The translations under genes and the position numbers were made by a program. Under the pieces are notes generated by a model. It had not been told where the DNA came from, ran no database searches, and saw only the letters and a list, made by a program, of their open reading frames with translations. From an uncultured virus (IMG/VR IMGVR_UViG_3300010885_044417) (lineage: Duplodnaviria; Heunggongvirae; Uroviricota; Caudoviricetes): 64,000 bases of DNA. Below are positions 46,358 through 57,300 of the stretch, in pieces. Position 1 is the stretch's first letter; each line of letters opens with the position of its first letter. Location: the IMG/VR virus record IMGVR_UViG_3300010885_044417. The stretch is one strand, 5' to 3'.

Positions 46358-47203
46358 ATGGGAGGATCCGCATCATCCACGCCTACTTACGCTGCGCCGC
46401 TAGGCGCGGATTACGCTACTGGAATGGGCTCGGCTCTTTCTTTAGGAAATGGCGTGGCCAATGCTGCAATTGCAATGCCTGCAGAGGTTCGTCAAGCTGA
46501 AGTTGACCGGCTTCAAACAATGGCTCCTAGAGAAGCTGTAATTAACGCATTGAAGTCCGCGGAAATGGAAAAACTATTGACTCCCGAAGTAGCCGGAGTC
46601 CGAGTAAACTTAGCTAAGCAAGCCGCGCAAGATTTTTCCGCAGGGCCTTCTAAAGAACTTTCTAACTTATGGCTCAAGCAAGGTCTAGCAGATGCTATTG
46701 CTACCGGCGCAAAGTCAGATTCCGGGTTTGCTAGGTCTGCCATAGCCGACAGCACGCGCGCATCGTATTTGCAAGATCGGCGAGAGCAGCAAGACCGAGC
46801 GGCTCGGTTCCTTAGTGCAAATCCCATGCCCGCTGCAGGGCTAGATCCTGGATCGATTGCTAGTGCCATGACGGGCGTCAACACAGCAAATGCCAATGCC
46901 CGCGACGCCTACAAAGCCCAAGTGCTAAATATCCTAGGGAACAACGCGGCAAATGTCACAAATGCTTTCCAACAGGCCATGCAAATGGAAGCGGCACGCA
47001 GATCCGGAGACGCGCAGGCTATGAATGCTATGGCTTCGGCAAACATGCAATCCGCATCTTCGCGGCAAGCCGCTATTTTAGGAGCTATCGGATCTGGAAT
47101 AGGGACCGCGGCAAACATCGCAGGAACTGCAATTATGTACGGAGGAACCGACGGAAAGCCAGGAGGCGCCGGAATGTTCCGAAACGGGTCTTGGACCGAA
47201 TAA
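46358..47203 (+). CDS. Internal virion/ejection protein, paralog 1
   Basis: MGG start, Ala/Gln-rich helix, C-terminal Gly/Ala hydrophobic segment. Confidence 0.65.
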   Translation: MGGSASSTPTYAAPLGADYATGMGSALSLGNGVANAAIAMPAEVRQAEVDRLQTMAPREAVINALKSAEMEKLLTPEVAGVRVNLAKQAAQDFSAGPSKELSNLWLKQGLADAIATGAKSDSGFARSAIADSTRASYLQDRREQQDRAARFLSANPMPAAGLDPGSIASAMTGVNTANANARDAYKAQVLNILGNNAANVTNAFQQAMQMEAARRSGDAQAMNAMASANMQSASSRQAAILGAIGSGIGTAANIAGTAIMYGGTDGKPGGAGMFRNGSWTE

Positions 47204-47207
47204 ACTT

Positions 47208-47990
47208 ATGGGAGGCGCACCTTCAGGCCAAGCTACGTACGCGGAACCCCTCGGCGCCCAGTATGCCGCAGGAATGGGAAACGCTTTAGCGCTAAGCAAC
47301 AAGGTTGTTGACTACGCTGTCGAAAATAGGCCCGAGCTTCGCGAAGCCGAAATTAACCGGCTTCAGACCATGGCTCCGAGAGAAGCGCTGATCAATGCGC
47401 TAAAATCTGCGGAGATGGAAAGAACTTTGACGCCAGACGTGGCAAAAGTCCGTCTAGGGCTTTCAAAACAAATGGCTGAAGATCTCGATGGCGGGCCTTC
47501 TAAAGAGCTTTCCAATATGTGGTTGAAGCAAGGTCTTTCAGATGCAATTGCTACCGGCGCCCGATCTGATTCTGGGTTTGCTCGCGCAGCATTAGCTGAT
47601 TCGACTAGGCGCGACTATCTTGCAAACCGTAGAACTCAGCAAGACCGCGCAGCTGCCTTTTTAGCGGCAAACCCAGTTCCGGTTGCCGGCCTAGATCCTG
47701 GCTCTTTAGCCAGTATCATGACGCAGACAAACGCAGAAAATGCCAACGCTCGTGACTCCTACAAAACGCAAGTTCTCGGGGCTTTAGGAAACCAAGCTGC
47801 CAATGTCACAAATGCTTTCCAACAGGCCATGCAAATGGAAGCGCAGCGCCGAGCCTACAACGCGCAAGCCGCCAACTCGATGACCGCAGCCAACATGCAA
47901 GCCAGCAGCTCTAATTCTGCATCTTGGATGGGACTCGGCGGAGCCGGAATTGGAGCCGCGGCTGGAATTGGAGCCGCGGTTATTATTTAA
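47208..47990 (+). CDS. Internal virion/ejection protein, paralog 2
   Basis: Colinear with paralog 1 (RLQTMAPREA, GPSKELSN.WLKQG, NVTNAFQQAMQMEA). Confidence 0.65.
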   Translation: MGGAPSGQATYAEPLGAQYAAGMGNALALSNKVVDYAVENRPELREAEINRLQTMAPREALINALKSAEMERTLTPDVAKVRLGLSKQMAEDLDGGPSKELSNMWLKQGLSDAIATGARSDSGFARAALADSTRRDYLANRRTQQDRAAAFLAANPVPVAGLDPGSLASIMTQTNAENANARDSYKTQVLGALGNQAANVTNAFQQAMQMEAQRRAYNAQAANSMTAANMQASSSNSASWMGLGGAGIGAAAGIGAAVII

Positions 47991-48883
47991 TGGACTCAAA
48001 GATCGATCTAGCGTTAGACCGGATTGAGCGTTGGCGTCAAGTTTGGCCCAACGCGGCGGTCCTTTGGAGTGGAGGAAAGGACAGCACGGCAATGCTGCAC
48101 CTGCTTAAATTTAAGGCTGGCCTAGATTTGCCAGTCGTGCAGTACCGCGAGCCTAAATTTCGAGAGCGCTACGTGTACTCTGATAAGTTAATCAAAGACT
48201 GGCAACTAGAGGTCTATGACTACCCTCCTTTTCGGGTGGCCATAGCCGATGGACCCGATACAAGCACGGGAAAAATTCGTTTTGACATGCTGAAGTATCA
48301 GCAGTGGGGAGAAACTTCCATCATTCTTTCTTTAGGAACTGAACCTCCTGAAGAAGGAAAGCCATACCTTTGCGGCGTATCAGATTTCCTGCAGCGCCCG
48401 ACTGGAACTTTTAATTGGCCTTGGACTAGCGTGTTTATTGGAACTAAGTACTGCGATACCGATCCAATCAAAGGCCACGTTCCTTTAGCTGTCGATGTTC
48501 GTCCGACTAACGGCGGTCCGGTTAGTTTGTACCCATTGCGGGATTGGTCGGATCTTGATGTCTTCGAGTATTTGGAGGACAATGGAATCGAGCCAGACCC
48601 TACTAGGTACATCCAGGAAAACGGAATCTGGATTTCAAACCCAGATAAATCTCAGAATGCAGACTACTACCCAGTCTGTTTCAACTGCGTAAACCGCCAT
48701 GCCGGAGAATACGTAGACTGTCCTAAGCTAAAAGCCACCGTGCCAAATATGTCGCACCTGGCTCCGTACGAAGACGTAGTCTTTAAGGACCTTGGATTTA
48801 GGCCAGTTTGGCCTCAAGATCTTGCAGTAGAAGATAGTGTTCAAGAGTCAACCGGCTCGCTATCTTCTCGGCAAGACAAGTAA
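47990..48883 (+). CDS. PAPS-reductase-family (PP-loop) protein
   Basis: VLWSGGKDS, YPLRDWSDLDVFEYL, CFNC..CP. Start placed at ATG 47990. Confidence 0.8.
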   Translation: MDSKIDLALDRIERWRQVWPNAAVLWSGGKDSTAMLHLLKFKAGLDLPVVQYREPKFRERYVYSDKLIKDWQLEVYDYPPFRVAIADGPDTSTGKIRFDMLKYQQWGETSIILSLGTEPPEEGKPYLCGVSDFLQRPTGTFNWPWTSVFIGTKYCDTDPIKGHVPLAVDVRPTNGGPVSLYPLRDWSDLDVFEYLEDNGIEPDPTRYIQENGIWISNPDKSQNADYYPVCFNCVNRHAGEYVDCPKLKATVPNMSHLAPYEDVVFKDLGFRPVWPQDLAVEDSVQESTGSLSSRQDK

Positions 48884-48934
48884 ACCACGAGAGCCATGAA
48901 TCTCTCTACAAACAACACTTAGGAGGACACCACT

Positions 48935-49369
48935 ATGGGAGGCGGAGGAGGACAAAAACAAGCGGCACCGCCGCAAGACAACAGCATGCAGATCTGGCAA
49001 CAGGAGATGCAGCGCCAACGCGAGGAGCAGCAGCGCCAATTCGAAGCCAGCCAGAGATCCATGGCAGAACAACGCGCCGCTGAGGCTAGCTCAAAAGCCA
49101 TGGACGATGCGCGTCGTGCATCTGCTGAGGCTGAGGCCCGCCAAAAGCAGCAGGATACCGAAGCCGCCTCTAAGTCGGCTGCGGATAACCAAGCCGCGGC
49201 TTCGCAAGCCGCAGGACCTGGACAAGCCCCGATTAACCCGGCAGCTGCCGCTAAGCTCGCTTCGGCGCAGCAGCAGGTTGCTCCTGGGCTTTCAGCTTTG
49301 GCGCAGTCCGTAATTAAATCCGCGAATGCTTCCTACGCGCCGCCAAACGTTCGCGTCGGTGGCGCTTAA
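48935..49369 (+). CDS. Internal virion protein (putative)
   Basis: MGGGGG start, Gln/Ala coiled coil, AGGAGG upstream. Confidence 0.65.
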   Translation: MGGGGGQKQAAPPQDNSMQIWQQEMQRQREEQQRQFEASQRSMAEQRAAEASSKAMDDARRASAEAEARQKQQDTEAASKSAADNQAAASQAAGPGQAPINPAAAAKLASAQQQVAPGLSALAQSVIKSANASYAPPNVRVGGA

Positions 49370-49372
49370 GCC

Positions 49373-51367
49373 GTGATTGAAACAAAGGGATTCTCATTCT
49401 CTCCAGGCACTGGGGCTCGTTTCGTTGAAGCGACCCCAGTGCCCCTTCGCTTTGTTGATGGAAAAACGCTAGTTCCAGATAGCGGCGTTGAAATCTTAGC
49501 AAAGGGCGCAGCTCAGGCTGCGGAGAATCTCTTAGCCGGCGTAAAGATCGGCGTATCTGGAATTGAGAGCGGGGTAAAAAGCGGGGTCGATGCGTACGTC
49601 GAGCGACTAAAAGCAAAAGAACATAATGACCTTTTGCGTGAAATGTACGGCGACCGCAACGAGCTTGCCCAGGCTAAGCTAGCCCTGCAAGAAAGGCAAC
49701 TGGCTGACCGAGAAGCCGGGATTATTGGCGGCCGAAGCGGAAGTGGAAAAACGCCTCTTGACTACAGCGAATACGGGCTTAATGACGGGGTCTCTTCTCC
49801 TATCGTAGCGTCTGGCGAAGAAACTTCAGCTGTCCCGGCTTTGAATAGCGTGCAAGTTGGAATTACTCCACCGCCCTCAAGTAAGGGCGACTCTTCGGCT
49901 GAAACTCCACCATTGGTAGACTCTGAAAATTCCGCCCGACCACCAAATGCTGAAGCTAGCGCTGCCCCTTTAGCGACGGCGTCTACGGCTCCGCTTTTTA
50001 ATTTTAGCGGAACAAATTTTTCTCCTCTCCAAGAAGCTGCTTCTCCGGGGCTAGACATGGCGCAGACTATGCAAATTGTCGGGCAGCCAATGCAAGTTCC
50101 AAAACTTGATTTTCCGGCAACTAAAGATTTGCAAGAAGCCCGGCTTCGCCTAATGGGAGCCGGCTATGACGAGCCACTTCCCGGCTTAGTTCAAGTTGCT
50201 GCTCCGTCTGAAATTCCAGCGGCTGCACAGCTTCCCGCGGCTCCTCCTTTGGCCGAAGTTCCTGCGACAGCTGACCAGCCTCCGCAAGCTGCGCCGCAGC
50301 CTACCCCGGCCGCAATGCCGCAAGCTCCTGTTCGCCAAGCGGTCAACTCGCCATTCATTAAAGTTCCGATTGCTGGTCCTGATGGTAAAGCCTCCGGCTA
50401 CGTTTTGTTTGATCGAGTTTCTCGCAAGCTTATTCCAGCCAGTCACATTCTTCCTACGGATGACCCTAGCTCCGTCAATCCTCCTGAAGGATGGCAGCCC
50501 AGGACGATGACAATTAACGGCGACGGCAAAGCTTCTCGCACCTTCCTCTCTCCTGAAGAAGTTCAGAAAGAGAAAGACCAGCACGCCGCGGCTGACGATC
50601 TTCACCAAGCAAACCTTGGAATCAAGAAAGAAAAGCTAGCGCAAGTGCAGCGAGATGGCTACACTAAAGACGTCTCGGTTAAAACGTATGTCGGGCCAAA
50701 TGGCGCGCAGCAGGCGCTTGCAGCATTTGTTCCTGCGTTTAACGAAGCCAACGATCCGCACAACACATCTAAGTCCAGCTCAGAAATGTCCATGCTCGAT
50801 CAGCTTGTCCGAGCAGAAACCGGCGGAAAGCCAACTGAGACTCAGATTCACACGATCCGGTCAAACATGCCTCTCAAGGAAAAAATTGCAACCTTGTTCG
50901 GCAAGAATTACGAAGGCGATTTCCTCGGCAAGAACATGTACGAGTCTTTGGCTCAGCAAATTGTAGGAAACGCCGCTAACAAGGCCAAGATTGCCAACGG
51001 CACAATCGAGGGAATTCGCCAATCGTACATCGAGCAAGGCCTTGAGCCGCCTAAGCAGCTTAAGCCTTTTGTGGTTCCGATGACCGTCAAAGATGTTAAT
51101 GACGAGCTAGTCAAGCTTAAAGGCGAGACTGTTCCTTTGGCTCAGCAGTATGACGAACTGCAAAGATCCGGCCGTGGCAGCACGGACGCGGCTAAACAAA
51201 TCCGGTCTCAGCTTGAAGAGCATCAAGCCCAGGCTGTCAAACTGGCTAACATGAAATCTAAGGCTAAGCATTTCATAGTTAACCTTGACGAGTTTCTCGA
51301 TACGTCTAACCAAGGCTGGAAAGGTGTGGCTATCGAAGCGCTGTCACCCCAAAGTCCTTCGCAGTAA
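49373..51367 (+). CDS. Internal virion/ejection protein (putative)
   Basis: 664 aa with a Pro/Ala-rich linker; precedes the giant protein. Confidence 0.65.
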   Translation: MIETKGFSFSPGTGARFVEATPVPLRFVDGKTLVPDSGVEILAKGAAQAAENLLAGVKIGVSGIESGVKSGVDAYVERLKAKEHNDLLREMYGDRNELAQAKLALQERQLADREAGIIGGRSGSGKTPLDYSEYGLNDGVSSPIVASGEETSAVPALNSVQVGITPPPSSKGDSSAETPPLVDSENSARPPNAEASAAPLATASTAPLFNFSGTNFSPLQEAASPGLDMAQTMQIVGQPMQVPKLDFPATKDLQEARLRLMGAGYDEPLPGLVQVAAPSEIPAAAQLPAAPPLAEVPATADQPPQAAPQPTPAAMPQAPVRQAVNSPFIKVPIAGPDGKASGYVLFDRVSRKLIPASHILPTDDPSSVNPPEGWQPRTMTINGDGKASRTFLSPEEVQKEKDQHAAADDLHQANLGIKKEKLAQVQRDGYTKDVSVKTYVGPNGAQQALAAFVPAFNEANDPHNTSKSSSEMSMLDQLVRAETGGKPTETQIHTIRSNMPLKEKIATLFGKNYEGDFLGKNMYESLAQQIVGNAANKAKIANGTIEGIRQSYIEQGLEPPKQLKPFVVPMTVKDVNDELVKLKGETVPLAQQYDELQRSGRGSTDAAKQIRSQLEEHQAQAVKLANMKSKAKHFIVNLDEFLDTSNQGWKGVAIEALSPQSPSQ

Positions 51368-51384
51368 TCTCTAAACTTTTTTCT

Positions 51385-54300
51385 ATGGCCACTGATTCTT
51401 CTTCACTGGCCAAAGATGTTGACGACGTCTTTGGCGCGCTTTTGGCAACCAAGCCAAAATACGAGCAGGAAGAAGAGAAGAAGCCTGAGGAAATTGCTCC
51501 TCTAGGCGAGGCCGCAAAGCATTTTGATACGGCCCTTAGCTCAGCCATTGACATGCCAGCCGGATACCAGGCTGAACAAACTCCCTATTCTCAGCTTGGG
51601 CCTGAGGCCAAAAAAGTTCAATTTCAATTTGACTCGCTTGAGGCAGGGACTGACCCAAAGAAACTTCGAAAACTTCAGGCTGATGGCGAGCCTCTAACTG
51701 AAGACCAAGAAAGGTCAATCTTTAAAGGCGAGCGTGACGCTCCTCTTAGTGAGCAAGCCAAAGACGTGGCATCTGGTTTTGGCCACGCTGTCAAAAGCCT
51801 GGTCTGGGATGATCTTCTTGTTGGAGGCGGGAAGACTATTAAAGCTGCAGCGGCTATTCCAATGGCGATGGCCAAACAGACTTACACTAACGACCCGAAT
51901 GCTTCTGACGAAGAAGCTCGGCAGCAGTATGCAGAGGCTGAGAAAAAGCATCAGGAAGGAGTCGACGCGGCAAAAGATGAAGCTTACAAAGCAGCTCGCT
52001 CATTTACTTCTGGCGTGGTTCAAGGAGTCGAAGGATTAACTGGCACCGCAGTTCGCGGCGCCATGTACGGCACTGGAATTACTGACCGAATCCGCGAACA
52101 GCCTGGCGGAAATATGATCATGGACGCCGTTCTTTCTGGAGGATCAGAAGACGCGGCATTGCTTTCGGCTCTCAATCTTGGCTCCGAGCAAAACCGCCCC
52201 TCGGGAATGCCTACCGGAAAATTTAAGGGCCGGGACGTTGCTGGAAATATCGATCTTGACAGCCGGCCTATCGTCCAGAACGAAGATGGTTCTGTTAGCA
52301 CGGTTCGGTCGATGTCGTTTAATGACGGCGAGCATGAAGTCTTAGTTCCTACAGTCAGTCCAGACGGCAAAATTCTTTCCAACGAGGACGCTATTAAGCT
52401 GTACCGTGAAACTGGCCAACACCTTGGGAAATTTAAGACTGTCGAAGATGCTGATGCTTACGCCGAAGCACTTCACAAAGCGCAAGAGGCCCGGTACGCA
52501 ACCCCTGCCGGGGTAGATCCTGGGCAAACAGAAGAACAATCTTTCCAGAACTGGCGGAACCGCGAGCAGATGCGGCGCATGGAAGCTGAAGAAAATCAGC
52601 AAAATCCAGACCGCGCGGCTGCCGTAATGGCGGAGCTTACAAGAATGGTCCCGGTTGGTGACCAGAAATTTCGTGAAGAGGTTGCGCAAAACATTCTTGA
52701 CAATCAAATCACGCCTGACCCAAATATCGCAGGCTTTGGTATGGCTGTGTCGCCAATTAACCCGGTCGTCTTTGGGGCTGGGCCGTTAAACAAACTGATT
52801 GGAGGAGTCGTAGATAAAGGTGCTGAAGGAGTACTTCGGGCAGCCCTTAAACCGACGGTGGCTGGAATGCACCCGATTGAGGCGCTTGGAGTTGGCCTCC
52901 AAAAAGTGGCTTCTGGAACGCAGACTGCCGGAAAGCGTCTGAGTGATTTTCTTACTGGAACCGAGGATTCGGCAGTGGCTAAGTTTTTTGATCCACTGGT
53001 CGTTGCGACTAAGCGGCCGGGAATGGTTCTTGAAGGAACTGGCCGAATTGCTAGGGATCTTGGCCGTCAGATTGACGAAGGCGGATTCATGGGCCGGACC
53101 GGGGTATTCCAGCGTGCCGGACAAGATGCCGAGTCTGGTAACTTTGTCAAAACAGTGTTTGGCCAGGGCGCGGAGAAAGAGCGCCCACGCGGCGCTGGTC
53201 GCGTCGCAGAAGATACCGAAGGTGCATCTAAGCCCCTTAGGATCGGACCTACCACGGCCAAAGCTGCAGATTGGGTTTCCAGTACCGCGTACAACCTAAA
53301 CAAGCATGGCCTCAGCGGCGGAATTATCGGGGTCGCTTTAGGAACTCCAGACATCGAAAATGCCGAGCAATTCGGAGCAGCTGCCGGTTCTGGCTATGCT
53401 TTAGGAGCTGCGCTGTCAACCAGGCCGGTCGGCAAAGTTGTCGATGTCCTGAATCCCAAGACTTCGTTCAAGCAGAAGGTTGACGCGGTCCTAGGTAAAG
53501 ACGCGGCTGAGCGGCGGGCTGACGAGGATGCCGACATTGCCAGATTCCGAGCTACGGCAAGCCCAGAAATTCTAGCTCAGACCGACAGCTTTGGGTCTCA
53601 AGAATCTCACGTCCAAGCTTGGGACAACCACATCTCCCAGCTTCAGCAAGCCAAGGACGAGCTCTCAAAATCTGGCGGTGACACTAAGAATGCTGATGCG
53701 CAAATTGCAGCCGCCCAAAAAATTCGAGAATCCTTAGCAAAAGCTTCTCCAGACCAATTCAACGAAGTTCAGCGTCGGATCAATTTAACGGTAGCCGATG
53801 CTCTCGACCTGGCCAAGACTACCGGGGAAGCTGTGGGTCTTAACGGCTTGAATGTGCATTTTCTGGATTCAAGCCAGATGCCGGAGTTCATCATGAACAA
53901 GTGGGGAAAAACCCTCACTGATGCCACCGCGGTTATTGACCAACTCGGCGGAAAGACCGACTTATCACAGTCTGAAAAAGAAAGCCTTTTGAGGGCCCGC
54001 GAAACAGTAGCCGAGGTCGAGAATCAACTTCAAATGTGGCCGAACCAGCGTGGTTTTGCCTTATCCCCCAATGAAATTGAAGAAGACACTCCTGCGCATC
54101 TTCGCATGGGCAATTTGCAAGGCCCTGAGATTGTAGTTAACGCGGACCTAATTCGTTCACAGCTTGGCACAAATCTGAGCCACGTTTTAGGCCATGAAGT
54201 TTTAGTCCACGGTCTTGGTCAGTTTAAGGAAGTTCGGGCGCTGATGCAGCCCATTCGCGAAAAGCTTTTTGGCATTCGCACCAAGAATATCGATGGGTCA

Positions 54301-57300
54301 GTCGATGAGATTTCCCCAGGCATTATTTCAAATGAGGCCCTTGACAAGATGGCCGAAGTCTACGGCTTAAAGATGGGCGGAGGAAATCCCGCGGCTGCCG
54401 CTGCCTGGAAGTCTGGCTTTAAAGACCAAGAGCAACTTCGCGACTACATGCGTGAAGAGTATCTAGCGGAACTTTCTGGCCTTTCGCATAACGGAACTGG
54501 CGACCTGCGCGCTACGCTGGATTCTCCTGGCCAAGCTATCTCTGACTGGTTAGCCGTGCAATCTGATAACTCTGTGGTCGGTAAACTTAGAGACATGCTC
54601 GGCTTAAAAGGTATTGTTCTTGACGATCAGGGCAAAGTCTCGGATATTCTCGGCACGACTCTCGATCCCCAGGCTTTGGCAATGGTGCGTCAGTACCAGC
54701 GCAAACTTTCGGACCTTAACCGCGGTTTGTCGTTTGACTCAAGTAAAGCTAGCGACGTCGACATTTCGCTCAGCGAGGCGATGACCAACCGAGCAGTGCA
54801 AGAAAAGACCAAAGACCAAGATCTTTGGGAAAAAGAGCAGGTCTATCAAGTCAAAGACCAAAATGGAAATGTCATCGCCGAGATTCCAATTTCTAGCGAG
54901 AATGAAGCCAATGGGCTGATTGGAGAATATCGCATCGAGAATGGATACCTAGTCGATGAAAAAGGCAACATGATGGAGCTTACGCCGGAACTGCGCAATG
55001 CTGCAATTCCTGGCGACGCCAAAATTTCTATTGAGAACCGAATTCTACGCAACCCAGATGGATCGCCTAAGATTCTAACTAATCGAGAAATCAGAGCTAG
55101 GGCCCGCGAGCGCAACCGATTAATCCGAGAAGCGCTTGATAATGCTCCGCAAGATGGATTTGAAGGCCGTCTCGAAGACATTGGCAACGGAGTCTACCGC
55201 GGCACAATGAGCCCGTCTCAAATTGCGGCTGTGATGGCTTTGCCAAATCGAATTGTGAGTCCCTCGTTAAAGCGCAAGATTGTGCAGTTCAATGAAGTCC
55301 TGCAGCGTAAAGACGGAAGCCGAGTCATTGTAGAGTATCAAGCTGCCTTGCGCGGAGGCGGATACAAGTCTCTGTCTCCCCGCATTCGGGACCTTGCGCC
55401 AATTGGATTCCACTTTAGCAAAGACGGGAACTTCCTAGCTGTCAACATGTCTGTCAGCAGAATGTTTGATAAGCTGAATGCCTGGGTTTCGCAGAAGCCG
55501 GAGAATCTCAATCTCTGGGGTCGCGACACCGGAAAGTTCTGGGAAGATGTCACTAAGGTCCTTGCCAACCACGCAGCAGGAAAACATGCTGAGGAAGGCC
55601 TTGACGTAGATCCTGAAATTGCTCTGCAAAAGAAGAATCGTGTCAACGACTTTTTTAACATTTTTGTCAAGGACACTAAGCACCTAAATCCTGATCGTAC
55701 GGTCCTAAAAACCCGCCGCGGTCAAGATTCTGCGGATCGAATCATTATGTCGACCCGCATGGATCGCATCAACGCTATGGAGCTTTCTAACGCCGAGAAG
55801 CTTCCAGTGAATTACGAAAAGATGAAGGTCAACTTCATGCCGCGAGGTAACTCTGCGGACAACGAGTTTTGGAACTCAGCTAGGCAGACGCTTTCAAACC
55901 GCGATGCTTTTGAAACTCGCGATGTGACTTTCAATGAGTCCGATGGGCCAAAGCCTCGCCGCGTTCTAAAGAGCGCTCCGCCCCAACCTGTTGGCGACAC
56001 TCCGGCTTTTGCCGAATGGCAGCTCTCCAACATGGAGTTTGGCGCGGACGCTGGCTACACGGTGGCTCAGCTTCAAGACTTTGCCGCGCAAAACAAATTT
56101 AAGTCTGGCGTAGGCAAAGAGTTTGCTAAAGATGCAAAAGAAAGAATTACGGCAAAAGAGTCTGATGCCATTCGAGATCAGCTAGCCAGAGATAACGGAT
56201 TTGAACCGCAAGGTGAGCACGAGCCAAATCCTGTATTTAGAGCTCGGCTTGAGGCTGCCAAAAAAGATCCAAACGGAGTCTTTAACCCAAAGTCGCCAAA
56301 CTACCGGATGTTTTTAGATTGGCATGGTCAGCCTTTTACGCTGCATGAGCAAGCCGTCGACTATTGGACGTCGTCTAACTCAACCTCGCAGCATATCAGC
56401 GCGCATGACTTAGTGAGCCAGCATGGCCTAGAGCAAGCCATGAAGATTGCTGCTGACCAGTCTTCAGTCGTTGGAAAAAATCTTTATGGCAACAGCTACG
56501 GGTTAACGCCAAAAACTTTTACCACTGAGCCTGTAGGCCACGCGGCTGGGACAATTTCAAAAACCTATTACGATCTTCGGTCAACCCCAGAAGCTATTCG
56601 CCATGTCGAGCTTAATGGCTTGATTGAAAAAGCCGCCGAAGAACTTCGCAACATTGACTACGGATACGAGAATAACGAAGTGCGCAAAGCTAAAGAGCGA
56701 GAAATCAGAGAGCTCAAGCTAGAACAAGCTGACTTGGCCACAAGGCTTTCAGCCATGGCCGCCGTAAAATACTTTTCGGAGCGAAATCCGAACACTGCGC
56801 TATTCTCTTCTGGCGACCACGCCCAAGAGATTTTTAGCCAGCTAGGGTCTGAAGCAGCGGATTCATTTAAGCAAGGAACCAAAGTTTACCGCGGTCTTCT
56901 CCTAGACGAAGAGTATCATGGCAGCTTTATTAAGCGCAAAGGCGACGAGACCCTGGCTTCTAGAATTGAGAAAGCGCTGGCTGAAGACGGGTACTTTGAT
57001 CTGCCTACTCGAGCATTGACCAGCTGGACGCAGACTGAAAAGTTAGCCTCGACGTTCTCTCGCCATGGTCAAGGCCAAAAAGACTACAACTCATCGGGAA
57101 CCGGAATTGTAATTACTCACGAGCCTGCCGCTTCCGAAGTTGTGATGCATCCTGGCATGCCGACGTACCAGTCAATCTTTGCCTACCGCAAGGCTAACGG
57201 TTACAAGTTCAATAGCGGCGGGATGGACCAAAAAGAAGTCATCCTACGGTCTGAGCCTGGCGTATTCCGCTTGACTCCGGAGAATACAAAGTTTGTGAAG

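Noticed and set aside
46952..47843. DGR template/variable repeat pair
   Set aside because: No reverse transcriptase gene was seen, and the repeat is exact rather than adenine-variable; it belongs to paralogous genes
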